IMG/VR virus record: IMGVR_UViG_3300045988_074841
Origin: a virus
Direction: 5' to 3' (one strand)
DNA length: 64,000 bases
Shown here in pieces: positions 18,302-28,634 of the stretch. How positions within the stretch are numbered: position 1 is the first letter of the stretch; each line of letters opens with the position of its first letter. The notes beneath the pieces are model-generated. The model made no database searches. It was not told the origin of the DNA and saw only the letters and a list, made by a program, of their open reading frames with translations. The position numbers were made by a program, and so were the translations under genes.

Positions 18302-21300
18302 ATGAATATAGTAAAAGAACTCAATTTAAATAAAACTCCAAACGTTGTTCCTAATGGAAGTTTGGTGTTTGCTAAGAACATTAAAGTTAGTCCTGATAAT
18401 TCGTATATTACGAATGAAGAAGGATTAACTTATGCTTTTAGTACTCCAGTTGAAGGTAAAATAGTAGGTATAATTCCTTGTATGAAAGAGATTGTAATAC
18501 TTAGTTACCTTGAAGCTGATACCGGTGAACATAGTTCTCATATTTATCGTTGTGTAGAAAATGAAGTTACTGGTCTTTTAGATTTAACAGAAATATATAG
18601 TGCTTGGAATTATAGTGGTGGAAAGATTGTAGGTACATATACTTATAATGTAAATAATGAACTTATTGTTGCTATTGGAGAATATGATGCTACTAAAATT
18701 GTTACTCACAATAGTAAAGACGATGATGGTGTTTATGAAGAAGTTGTAAAAAATAATATTCCTCTTAAAACTATTAATCTTTCTCGTTGTACAAAAGAAG
18801 ATAATCCTGAACTATATTCTATTTGTGCTAATATTCCAGTAGCTAATCTTAGTCTTAAAGATAAAGTTCCTGGAATTAATATGCCAAATGGTATTTATCA
18901 ATTCTTCATTCGTTATGAGATAGATAGTAATTATTATACTAATTGGTTTCCTATTGGTAGTAGTTATCATGCTATAAATCTAGAAGATAAAGTAATTATA
19001 AATCATGTTTATGATATAAAGAGTGATACTAATCTTGCTACAACTCGTTGTGTAGGTTCATACAATAATGATAAGAAAGATTGTAATTATAATCTAAAGT
19101 TTAATATTAACTTTGATGATAATTATAATTATAAAGCTTATCAAATAGGATATATACTTAAACATGAAAATACTGCTTTACCTCGTATTTGGAGAAAGTT
19201 TAGTTTTGATGTTCGTGAATTTATATTTGATGCTAGTAACTTTGAAGAAACTTCAATAGATGAATTGACTAGTAATAGTTTTAATTTATTTAATGTTGCT
19301 TCTCTTTGTAACTATGAGAATCGTCTTTATATTGCAAACTATGATGAAAGTGATTATAATGTAAACCTTAAAAATTATGCTACAAATATTAGAGCAAAGA
19401 TGATTTATGAACCTTGTTCTAAATCAAATACAACTAATACTACAACTAAAGAATATGAAATATATACTTTTAGTTGGTCAACTAATGCTATATTTGCTGC
19501 TATTGTAGAAGTATTAAAACCTTCTACTAATACTATTGTAAATGTAGATGGAAATAAGATTACATATCATGTTGTTTTAAATGCTAGAGATTACAATGAG
19601 CTTAAACGTTATCTTTGTTTTGTAGCTAATGATAATGAAAATGTTAGTGATTTTGATAATCTTGCTCTTGGTGGTTATGAAGGTAAGCATTTATATCCTT
19701 GTTCTAATATAGCTTTTGGTATTAACAATGATGGTACTTTTGATATTATAAGTATTCCTGTAAATGGTAAATCTAGTAGGTTATATGGTGGTCTTGGAAA
19801 AGGTAGTGGTACAGACCATAAACATGTAGGTTTAAAAATTAATACTGCTACTAGTGGATTAGCAGGTATGATAGGTAAATGGAGACCTGCTGCTAATTAT
19901 AGACCAAATAGATTTAGAATGAGTAAAGCTAGTAATACTAGAGTATATACTACTACTGTATTAGTAGATGATGCTGTTAGAACTTTAATGCCTAATAGTG
20001 TATATAATTTCTTTATTCATTATGTTCGTAAAGATGGTACTTATACTAATGGTTATCAACTTAGTAATGATATTCTTCCAACTACAATTTTAAATACTGT
20101 TACTATGACTGGAAGTTCTACAATAGATGTTCAACTTAGTAAGTTAACATCGTTGAAAGAACGAACTAGTAGTAGTACTTCTGGTAACGATAGAGATTTT
20201 ACTAATTTACTTAGTATTGAAGCTCTTAAAGATAAATATGCTTATGAAGTTGTAAGTACTGCGCCTTCTCCTTCTAATGCAACTATTCGTAAAACTGCTA
20301 GTTTTGGATATTATAAAAACTATAATAATGACCTTTTATTTAAAACTGGTTCAAGTCATAGTTTTGATAGTGCTAACGATAATACTTTATATAGAATTAA
20401 AGTAGGTTTTACTAATATTGAAATACCTGATGATTATATTGGTTTCTTCTTTAGTTATGAAAAACCAGAAGTAACTAATAATTATCAAGCTTATTGTGCT
20501 AAGAATGGAGTAAATGCAAGTCTTTTTAAAGCTAGCGAAGTAGAAACTGGTAAAGTTAATTATAATGGTTCTATATATGTACCTGAATATAAAATAACAA
20601 GTAATGGTTATATACTTCCTAGTACTAATCCAGCTTATATTAATAATTCTAGTATAGTAGCTAGTAATGCTGTAGATAGTGATAGTCTTAGTAACACTAT
20701 GAATACTGCTGGAATGGATGGAGGTATAGTTCTTAATTTAAAAGATAGTAAAGGTAAAATAACTCCTGATATTGGTGAAGTTGGAAATGTTATAATATTT
20801 AATCGTAATATATATTGTAAGAAAGATAAAGAACTTATTAGTTTTGGTCCTGTATGTTATAAACATGCTGATGTCAAAACTTATAGTTATGCTGATAGTA
20901 ACGATGCTGATAATTTTCCTAACAATTATGTTCACGGTTATGATTTTAATTATCCTGCATTCTATGTAAATGATAAGAGTTTAATTTATCAACGTAGAGT
21001 ATATATATCAGATACTGGTAAAGTATATGATGTGCAAGATAATAATTCTATAAATAAAGATTGGACAAGTTCTACTACAGAATATGCTAAGATTGTAAAT
21101 TATAGTAAGTTTAGTAGAGTTAATACTAATGCTATTTCTATAAAGAAAGAACCTAGTTATTTGGTTGGTGTTTTAGGTGATGATGAAAGTGGTTCTGGTA
21201 GTCATCAACGTAGTGTTAACTTTATAGTTCAGCCATTAAATGCTACAGACCTTATAGAATTAAAAGATACGTATATAGAAAGTAATTATAAACTTTATAC

Positions 21301-22705
21301 TAATTATAAAGATAATCTTAATTATGATTCTTATAAACGTGCTACTATTCGTCGTAGTGATGTAATTGGCGATGAAAGTCTTGCTAACTCATGGAGACAC
21401 TTTAGAGCAAACAACTATAAAGTGCTTTCCAAGAACAAAGGCAACATTACAAATATCATTGGCGTAGGCACTGCATTTTTCGTCCACACGGAGCATTCTT
21501 TGTTTTACCTTAATAGAGATAACCTCCTCAAGACATCGGGCGACACAGCGCAATTAAAAATGCCAGATTTGTTTGAAGTAGAACCTATTGAACTTTTTAC
21601 TAGTAATCATGGTTATGGTGGACTTCAACATCCTCAAGCTTGGACTGTTAATAGTAATGGTTATTGGTTTGTAGATGCAGACAATAAAAGAATATATAAC
21701 TTTGATAATAATCATCTTACTGATTTAACTAGTGATATTCTTAATTGGATGAATAATGTTCAAATAGCCGATGCTCACATGGTTACAGATTTTGCTAATG
21801 CTCGTGTAATTATGTGTCTTGCTTATTATAGTGAAGATGTTGGAGATAGAGAGCATAATCAACCTGGTTATATTACTTTATCTTTTAATATAATTAGTAA
21901 GAAGTTTGTTAGTATTCACGATTATAAATTTAACATAGGTGTAAATACTAAAAATCATTGTTATTTTTATTATGCTGTAACAACTAGTTCTTTTCTTTAT
22001 TGTTTCCATAAAAATACTCCTTTAGGATTCTATGGTAAAACTGGAGATTATGCTGGACTTGATGATCATGCTTATGGTTTCCCAGCTATGAGTACAAATC
22101 TTACTATACAAAAGGAAGATGGTACTGAAGAAACTAGAACTGTTCATCCTGCTATATTTGATGTTATCGTAAATGAGAATTACAATATTCCTAAATGTAT
22201 TAATTCTATTAGTTATATACTTAATAAAGAGTATGCTTACTTTAGTAATCAAGTTACTAGAATGGCTGAACCGCTTATGGGCAATGGAACTTATGGAGAT
22301 ATAGAACATTATAGTGGTGATAAACTTCGTATTTATACTGATAGTAATGATACAGGTGACTTAGATATTTCAGGACATAAAATGATTAATGATGATACTG
22401 TAACTAGAGATAGAACTCCAGATTACAAAGTTCCTTATTATGATAAAGGTATTTGGAACTTTAATTATATAAGGAATTATATTAGTAGTAAACTTACTAA
22501 AGAAGAGATATGTAAACGTTATAACTTGGATATTAATAAACTTACTCCTGCACAAGAAACTAAGATTCAAACTATGCTTAATAATCCAAGTGATGAACGC
22601 AATCTAGTTTATGGTCGTTATTTCGTTGTTAGATTTATCTTTAGAAATATAGATAATGTTCCTTTTAGATTTGAGGATTTAAATATTAATTATTCAAAGT
22701 ATTAA
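18302..22705 (+). CDS. Large virion structural protein (1467 aa), putative tail/ejection component
   Basis: Long intact ORF, Asn/Tyr-rich beta-type composition; contains a GC3-rich patch at ~21436-21567. Confidence 0.6.
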   Translation: MNIVKELNLNKTPNVVPNGSLVFAKNIKVSPDNSYITNEEGLTYAFSTPVEGKIVGIIPCMKEIVILSYLEADTGEHSSHIYRCVENEVTGLLDLTEIYSAWNYSGGKIVGTYTYNVNNELIVAIGEYDATKIVTHNSKDDDGVYEEVVKNNIPLKTINLSRCTKEDNPELYSICANIPVANLSLKDKVPGINMPNGIYQFFIRYEIDSNYYTNWFPIGSSYHAINLEDKVIINHVYDIKSDTNLATTRCVGSYNNDKKDCNYNLKFNINFDDNYNYKAYQIGYILKHENTALPRIWRKFSFDVREFIFDASNFEETSIDELTSNSFNLFNVASLCNYENRLYIANYDESDYNVNLKNYATNIRAKMIYEPCSKSNTTNTTTKEYEIYTFSWSTNAIFAAIVEVLKPSTNTIVNVDGNKITYHVVLNARDYNELKRYLCFVANDNENVSDFDNLALGGYEGKHLYPCSNIAFGINNDGTFDIISIPVNGKSSRLYGGLGKGSGTDHKHVGLKINTATSGLAGMIGKWRPAANYRPNRFRMSKASNTRVYTTTVLVDDAVRTLMPNSVYNFFIHYVRKDGTYTNGYQLSNDILPTTILNTVTMTGSSTIDVQLSKLTSLKERTSSSTSGNDRDFTNLLSIEALKDKYAYEVVSTAPSPSNATIRKTASFGYYKNYNNDLLFKTGSSHSFDSANDNTLYRIKVGFTNIEIPDDYIGFFFSYEKPEVTNNYQAYCAKNGVNASLFKASEVETGKVNYNGSIYVPEYKITSNGYILPSTNPAYINNSSIVASNAVDSDSLSNTMNTAGMDGGIVLNLKDSKGKITPDIGEVGNVIIFNRNIYCKKDKELISFGPVCYKHADVKTYSYADSNDADNFPNNYVHGYDFNYPAFYVNDKSLIYQRRVYISDTGKVYDVQDNNSINKDWTSSTTEYAKIVNYSKFSRVNTNAISIKKEPSYLVGVLGDDESGSGSHQRSVNFIVQPLNATDLIELKDTYIESNYKLYTNYKDNLNYDSYKRATIRRSDVIGDESLANSWRHFRANNYKVLSKNKGNITNIIGVGTAFFVHTEHSLFYLNRDNLLKTSGDTAQLKMPDLFEVEPIELFTSNHGYGGLQHPQAWTVNSNGYWFVDADNKRIYNFDNNHLTDLTSDILNWMNNVQIADAHMVTDFANARVIMCLAYYSEDVGDREHNQPGYITLSFNIISKKFVSIHDYKFNIGVNTKNHCYFYYAVTTSSFLYCFHKNTPLGFYGKTGDYAGLDDHAYGFPAMSTNLTIQKEDGTEETRTVHPAIFDVIVNENYNIPKCINSISYILNKEYAYFSNQVTRMAEPLMGNGTYGDIEHYSGDKLRIYTDSNDTGDLDISGHKMINDDTVTRDRTPDYKVPYYDKGIWNFNYIRNYISSKLTKEEICKRYNLDINKLTPAQETKIQTMLNNPSDERNLVYGRYFVVRFIFRNIDNVPFRFEDLNINYSKY

Positions 22706-22708
22706 ATT

Positions 22709-25429
22709 ATGACTGTAAAAATTAAAAGAAGAAGTCTTCGTTGTGGTGGTAGACCTAAAGCTGACTTCGGTAGTATTTTTACTACATTTATTGCTCCTGC
22801 TTTAGGTGTTGCAGGTTCTGTAGCGGATTCTGCTATAAGTAAAACCCAAGTTTCAAAGAGCAATACTAAACAGGTTGTTAAAGATACTAACACAGAAGTT
22901 ACTAATAATAATACTTCTGTTGAGAATCTTCCTACTATTCAAGTTCCTACTAAAGATCCAATTAGTGGACTTGTTACTAGTAATACTGTTATTCCTCCTG
23001 ACCCAACTAAAACTCCTACTATGAGACTAGGTGGTAGAAAGAAATGTTGGATTGGTGCAGCCATTGGTGCTGCTACTAGTATAGCAGGTTCTTTATTTGG
23101 TGCTGCTGCTCAAAAAAGAGAAATGCGTCGGCAAAAGAGTATTCAAGATTGGCAGAATACAACTCAAGAAGCTGCTAATATGACTACTGCTCTTAATAAT
23201 AGTCAAGATTATCAAGAAGATTATCTTAGACAATTTAGAACTGCTGCTAGACTTGGTAAAACTCTTGGAGCTAAAGGTATTTATATTACTGATGGTGGAG
23301 ATGCTACTAAGATAGGAAACAACACATATCTTCTACGGGGCGGTTCTCACGAAGATGTGAATGAGACTGGTCAAACAGGTATTGGTATCAATGTTGGTGG
23401 TAATGAAGTTGAAGCTGAAGGTGGTGAAGTTGCTCAGAAGAAGAATGGTGCTCTAAGAATTTTTAGTGCTCAACCTATTCTTGGTGGTATAAGTCCTGCT
23501 CAAGCTGTAATTAATGGAGCTAACAAAGATAAAGTATTTAGTACTCAACAAACTTTTAAGAAAAGAAATGGTCTTGAAGATGATGGTAGTAAAGCTCAGG
23601 TTGGTGGTTATTATGGAGCTAACTATCCTTCTCCTTTGTCTTTATTATCTGTTATTTACGATAAAACTTTAGGAAGATTTGATAATAAAAATCCTTTCCT
23701 TCAAACAGGTACTGCACCAACTCCTAGTAGAGGTTTAAATCTTAAGCAAGTTCGTGGTGGACTTGTTAATAGAAATATGCTTCGTACTAATAGAGTTTAT
23801 CGTATATCAAATATGAGAGAAGTAAAAGATGCTAAATCTGTAGGACAATATAGAAAATTACCTGAAGGCGTTAGACTTCCTAAAAAAACTGTAGTAAGTA
23901 AAAATGGAAGAACTTTCTCGATTGGAAAAGTTGGTGGTAATAGTCATGGAGGAAAAGCTGCTGCTATGGGTGAACCTTGGACTGGAACAACTAGCGGAGG
24001 ATACAATGAAAGTAAATATGTTATAAGTACTCCTTCTAGACATACAGTTTGGCAAGTAGGTCATCATGGAAGTTATTCTAAACCTCTTCCTGCTGATGCA
24101 ATAAAAAAAGGTAGTGGTCTTTGGAAAAAATTCGATGCTGAAGGTAATACTGGAATTAGTACTAAACGCATGGTTGTGTATAAAGATTTAGGTAATGGTA
24201 GATATTTAAGATTAGCTAAAAGTAAATATAGACTTGGTGGCGGTTTAACTTCTAAAGATAGAGGTTCTTCTAAACATCCATATCCTTCTGTATCATCTAA
24301 AGATTTTGCAGGTGGTAGTAGAAGTTATCCTATTCCAACTAAAGATGATGCTGTTGATGCTTTAAGACTTGCTGGTCTTCATGGAAGAAGTGATGTTAGA
24401 AGTAAAGTATATAGTAAATATCCTAGTCTTAGAAAGAAGAGTTTATTAGGTGGTTGTAGCCGCCCCGTAAAAGGTATGAGACCTAAAGCTGATACTGGTA
24501 TCTTTGTTCCTTTCAATAAACGTTATACTTCTATTTATGATGCTCCAGATTATAATTCTGATTATAATGGTGGTAATGTTTTAGGTAACGGTGAAGTAAC
24601 AGTTACAGCTAAGAGAATTAAGCCTACTTTTATGAAACCAAATAATGATGCAATGAATATCATTAATCATCCTGCTAATGAAACTCCTTATATTCCACAA
24701 AGACATAATCGTAGTCGTACTATATTTAGTGGTGGAGATTATTTAGGATTAGGTATTGATACTCTTGCTGCATTAAGTACAGGTCTTGTAAATTATAATA
24801 CTGCTGGTAAATATGTTCTTCCTGATAGAGCACCTATTATTCAGGCTAGTAAATTACCTACAACTTATAATGTTAATCCTGAAATAGAAGAGGTTAAACG
24901 TTATAGAGATAGACTTACTGGGCAAACATTCAATAATACTTCAAGTTCTGTAGCTGCTCTTAATAGAAGTGGTGCTATTAATCTTGATGCTCTTTCTAAT
25001 CTTAGTAAACTTTGGGCTACTAAAGAGAATGAAGAGAACAAGATGCTTACAGAAGATGCTAAGAATCAACAAACTGTTGCAGCACAGAATGTACAGAATG
25101 AACTTGCTCGTCAAAGTGAAATTGCTAGAATTAAGAATGAAGCTAATCAAGCTAAGGGTGATGCTCTTAATGTTGGTCTTAGTGGATTGTCTCAAGCTTG
25201 GACTAATTTCTGGACTGCTGGTAGAACTGCTTATGAAGATGACCAAGCTAGACGTGCAATGATTGCTTCTAGTAAAGATGCTACTCCTACTAGACTTATG
25301 GAAATGGATTTTGATTTATCTCCTGATGTTATAGCTGCTCTTTATAGAACTTCTAACGAAGATAGAACTAAACGATTCTATTTGTCTAGATTGTCTCCTA
25401 AACAAAGACAAAAATATGGTATAAATTAA
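22709..25429 (+). CDS. Gly-rich virion cargo/ejection protein (906 aa) with glycine-zipper TM-like segments and C-terminal coiled coil
   Basis: FTTFIAPALGVAGSVADSAIS and WIGAAIGAATSIAGSLFGAAA segments; internal duplicated CGGRPKAD(F/T)G(S)IF module; two in-frame GC-rich element copies. Confidence 0.6.
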   Translation: MTVKIKRRSLRCGGRPKADFGSIFTTFIAPALGVAGSVADSAISKTQVSKSNTKQVVKDTNTEVTNNNTSVENLPTIQVPTKDPISGLVTSNTVIPPDPTKTPTMRLGGRKKCWIGAAIGAATSIAGSLFGAAAQKREMRRQKSIQDWQNTTQEAANMTTALNNSQDYQEDYLRQFRTAARLGKTLGAKGIYITDGGDATKIGNNTYLLRGGSHEDVNETGQTGIGINVGGNEVEAEGGEVAQKKNGALRIFSAQPILGGISPAQAVINGANKDKVFSTQQTFKKRNGLEDDGSKAQVGGYYGANYPSPLSLLSVIYDKTLGRFDNKNPFLQTGTAPTPSRGLNLKQVRGGLVNRNMLRTNRVYRISNMREVKDAKSVGQYRKLPEGVRLPKKTVVSKNGRTFSIGKVGGNSHGGKAAAMGEPWTGTTSGGYNESKYVISTPSRHTVWQVGHHGSYSKPLPADAIKKGSGLWKKFDAEGNTGISTKRMVVYKDLGNGRYLRLAKSKYRLGGGLTSKDRGSSKHPYPSVSSKDFAGGSRSYPIPTKDDAVDALRLAGLHGRSDVRSKVYSKYPSLRKKSLLGGCSRPVKGMRPKADTGIFVPFNKRYTSIYDAPDYNSDYNGGNVLGNGEVTVTAKRIKPTFMKPNNDAMNIINHPANETPYIPQRHNRSRTIFSGGDYLGLGIDTLAALSTGLVNYNTAGKYVLPDRAPIIQASKLPTTYNVNPEIEEVKRYRDRLTGQTFNNTSSSVAALNRSGAINLDALSNLSKLWATKENEENKMLTEDAKNQQTVAAQNVQNELARQSEIARIKNEANQAKGDALNVGLSGLSQAWTNFWTAGRTAYEDDQARRAMIASSKDATPTRLMEMDFDLSPDVIAALYRTSNEDRTKRFYLSRLSPKQRQKYGIN
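23330..23343 (-). repeat. GC-rich element copy (CACATATCTTCTACGGGGCGG) in 906-aa gene (LLRGGS)
   Basis: seen in sequence. Confidence 0.8.
24460..24480 (+). repeat. GC-rich element copy, 21 nt (CCGCCCCGTAAAAGGTATGAG) inserted in second copy of an internal duplication of the 906-aa gene (SRPVKGM)
   Basis: seen in sequence; absent from paralogous segment at 22741-22779. Confidence 0.85.
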
Positions 25430-25441
25430 TATTATATAAAT

Positions 25442-25485
25442 ACTTCTGATAGTACTATTACTATCAGAAGTTTTACTATTTTTGT
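25442..25485 (+). terminator. Rho-independent terminator (13-bp stem ACTTCTGATAGTA/TACTATCAGAAGT, 4-nt loop, T-run)
   Basis: Perfect inverted repeat 25442-25454/25459-25471 followed by TTTTACTATTTTTG. Confidence 0.7.
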
Positions 25486-25509
25486 AATCAGTAATTAAAT
25501 AATAATATT

Positions 25510-26727
25510 ATGGCTTATAAAAACAATCAAAATGGTATTACTATTGGAGGTTATGTTCCTCAACGTGTACCAGTTCGTTCAAATATTGAAGCTCTTAGTC
25601 AAGCATTAAATAAAATTGATGAGCGTTCTGATAAAGCAATTCAACAAAAGTCTGCTATTACAAATGCTATTGGTCAATTAAAACTTAATGCCGCTGAGGA
25701 TAAATGGAAATACGATTATGCTAAACGTATTGAACAAAAGATTAATGATGCTGCTCAATATGGTGATTATAGTAGAGCATTAGATGTTGCTACTGAACTT
25801 GCAGGAAGTGCTACTTCTTCTCCTGAAGTTATGGGTCGTATTCGAGCTAATGAAGCTTATGAAAAGAAGAAAGGTGAAGTTGAATCTCTTGCTAATAGTG
25901 GAGTTATTAGTGGTCTTACTAAAGAACGTTGGCTTGCTCAAAATAAATATACTTATGAAGATATTCGTGATGAGAATGGTAATATAGTTGGAGGTACAGA
26001 TTGGAAAGCTGGATGGGACCCAGTTAAGAAAGTTGATATGGCTAGACTTGTTACACTTGCTGGTCAACTTGCTGCTCCTGTAAAACGCGCTACTAGTAGT
26101 AGTTCTCAACATAGTGTCTCTGATGAACAAGGTGTAGGTAATGGTGGTACTAGCACTCCTGCAGATCTTCGTTCTGTAAAAACTGGTTATAGTACTTCTA
26201 GTGGTTCTAGTTATCAAAGAGAAACTTTAACTAAACAAAAGATTGATGAAGTTTATAATAAACTTTTTGCTCTTGATGGAGATAATATGAATGCTCTTAT
26301 TCAGCAATATGATGATATTAAGTGGAAAGTCAATCAACTTAAAGATGAACTTAATACTACTACTGACCCTGAAAAACGTAAAACTATTCAAGATAGTATC
26401 AATGCATTTAGTAACGATATTTATGATTCTAATGGTCAACCTCTTAAAGTTAAAGAATATATGCTTAGTAAGATAGGTATTATTACTAAAGATATGGCTT
26501 ATGATAATATTACTGTTAGTCATACTTCAGGTAGTTCTGAAACTAGAGGTTTAACTTATGGTACTAAATATGCTCTTAGTTCTGGTACAAATACTAGTAA
26601 AATTACTGCTCCAGTTCCTAAATTAGGTGGAACATATTATAGTAATCCTGGTGAAGTAACAAGTAGTATTGAAAATGGTAGTTCTTGGTTTCAAGACCAA
26701 CTTTCTCAAGGTGGTGTATTAAATTAA
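25510..26727 (+). CDS. Hypothetical virion protein (405 aa)
   Basis: ATG ORF; Ser/Thr/Gly-rich middle. Confidence 0.5.
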   Translation: MAYKNNQNGITIGGYVPQRVPVRSNIEALSQALNKIDERSDKAIQQKSAITNAIGQLKLNAAEDKWKYDYAKRIEQKINDAAQYGDYSRALDVATELAGSATSSPEVMGRIRANEAYEKKKGEVESLANSGVISGLTKERWLAQNKYTYEDIRDENGNIVGGTDWKAGWDPVKKVDMARLVTLAGQLAAPVKRATSSSSQHSVSDEQGVGNGGTSTPADLRSVKTGYSTSSGSSYQRETLTKQKIDEVYNKLFALDGDNMNALIQQYDDIKWKVNQLKDELNTTTDPEKRKTIQDSINAFSNDIYDSNGQPLKVKEYMLSKIGIITKDMAYDNITVSHTSGSSETRGLTYGTKYALSSGTNTSKITAPVPKLGGTYYSNPGEVTSSIENGSSWFQDQLSQGGVLN

Positions 26728-26739
26728 AATAATAAAATT

Positions 26740-28632
26740 ATGCTTAGTAAAAAAATATATAATCAATTTATAAGTGATGGAGATTATATTGGTGCTGCTA
26801 ATTATTTATCTCGTGCTCACTTTAGTGACCCAGTTAAACAGTCTCTTGTAAATCAAGCTATAAAGAAACTTAGAACTGATGGTCGTAGAATACAAGGTAT
26901 GATGAGTAGAGCTGATGAAAATCAACGTAAAGCTTTTAGTTTTCTCAATGCAGTAAATAGTAATAGTATTCTTCCTGGTCTTAATAATGGTACAGATGCT
27001 GATGGTAATAGACGTGCTCCAGATAATATTTTTAGTAAAGATTATTCTGAAGCTAAACGTAGATTAGGTAGCCAAGGTTCTAAAGAAGCAGAAAGTTTAT
27101 CTATTAAGTTTGGTGGACAAACTGAGAAAAGAAGACTATTAGGTTTAGATTGGCTTGCTAAAGACTACGAATATAAAACTGATGCTTTTGAAGATATGCT
27201 TAGAAGAAGCAGACTTAGTAAAGATGCATTAATTAAATCAGGAGCTAAAGTTAAAATAAAAGATGGTCAATATATTCTTGATATTAGTAAACGTAATCCT
27301 TTATTTAATAAAGTATATAATGCTTTACTTAGCACTAAAGGATATGATAATAATTATAGATTTCAAGTAGCTGGTATAGATGCTAAAGGTAAGCTTATAG
27401 GCATAGGTGATGCAGATAAAAATTGGATTAATAGAAGAAGTAGAACAGATATAACTAATACTGATGGTTATTATATTAATCCTACAGGTAATAATAATTT
27501 TGAAATGCCTAATAATATTATAGCTGCTGCAAATCAAACTATCCGCCCCGTAAAAGATATGAGTGGTGATGGAAGTGGGTTATCTACTGTTAGTTCTATG
27601 ATTCTTCCTTTTAATAGTGCTCGTAGAAAACAAATTAGTGATGCTCTTAATACTGGTGGACTTAATACCGAATTAGCTAATGCTCTTGTAAAAGAAAATA
27701 ATGAAGCTATTCTTAATGGTCTTATGAATGCTGATTTTACTCAGTATGAAATGTATGTTACTGATGAAGAAAATACTGATGACCATACTACAGTTCGTCA
27801 TACAGTAGATAGTAGTAATGAAAAAGCTAATATTCAAGATTTAGTACGTGCAGCTATTGCTAGCGGAAAGTTTGACCCAGAAACCCAAGTTTCTCTTGGT
27901 ATGCAAGGTAATCAAACTGGTTATGTTATAACTATTCCAACTAAGATGGATAATGATACAGAAACAGGTAATAGAATTGAAGATATTAAACAAAATAGTC
28001 GTCAAATATTTATTCCTGATTTTATGAATGGTGAAGCTGAGAAAGTATTCTCTCAAAATTCTCAGACTAGAGCTATGAAAGAACTTGCTAGTATGGAAAT
28101 GTATAATTATTCTGTTGATATTCCTCAAGATGGTAGACTTAATGTTTATAATGACCCTTCTACTGGAAAGGCAATTTATCAAATGGAATATGATAGTGGT
28201 AGAGTACAACCTTTAACTAAAGAAGATGCACTTCGTAAAGTTAACAAAATGCTCATAGTTGAGGATGGTATTGATTTAGCTAATAAACAATTTTACGATG
28301 AAGATGGTAATCTTCGTAAAGGTCTTAGAAATAAAGATGGTTCTTTAAATGCTCAATTTCAACAAGATTTAAGTAGACAAATAGACACTTATGTTACTAG
28401 TGCTATGAGTGAACTTTATCCACAAGCTTGGCAAAGTTTTGCTCCTATTGCTAATAATGTTATAAATGGAGATTTTTCATCTGAAGATTATAAGACTAAA
28501 TTAGCTAAAGCTATGGATAGTTTTGTAGATACAGATAATATTAATCTTATTAATAATCAAAGAGCTATTTATTCTAATTATATTCTTAGTAATATAGGAA
28601 TGTATGATAATGATGCTTATAATATTGATTAA
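26740..28632 (+). CDS. Hypothetical virion protein (630 aa)
   Basis: ATG ORF; contains one in-frame GC-rich element copy (IRPVKDM). Confidence 0.5.
   Translation: MLSKKIYNQFISDGDYIGAANYLSRAHFSDPVKQSLVNQAIKKLRTDGRRIQGMMSRADENQRKAFSFLNAVNSNSILPGLNNGTDADGNRRAPDNIFSKDYSEAKRRLGSQGSKEAESLSIKFGGQTEKRRLLGLDWLAKDYEYKTDAFEDMLRRSRLSKDALIKSGAKVKIKDGQYILDISKRNPLFNKVYNALLSTKGYDNNYRFQVAGIDAKGKLIGIGDADKNWINRRSRTDITNTDGYYINPTGNNNFEMPNNIIAAANQTIRPVKDMSGDGSGLSTVSSMILPFNSARRKQISDALNTGGLNTELANALVKENNEAILNGLMNADFTQYEMYVTDEENTDDHTTVRHTVDSSNEKANIQDLVRAAIASGKFDPETQVSLGMQGNQTGYVITIPTKMDNDTETGNRIEDIKQNSRQIFIPDFMNGEAEKVFSQNSQTRAMKELASMEMYNYSVDIPQDGRLNVYNDPSTGKAIYQMEYDSGRVQPLTKEDALRKVNKMLIVEDGIDLANKQFYDEDGNLRKGLRNKDGSLNAQFQQDLSRQIDTYVTSAMSELYPQAWQSFAPIANNVINGDFSSEDYKTKLAKAMDSFVDTDNINLINNQRAIYSNYILSNIGMYDNDAYNID
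27543..27563 (+). repeat. GC-rich element copy (CCGCCCCGTAAAAGATATGAG) in 630-aa gene (IRPVKDM)
   Basis: seen in sequence. Confidence 0.8.
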
Positions 28633-28634
28633 TT

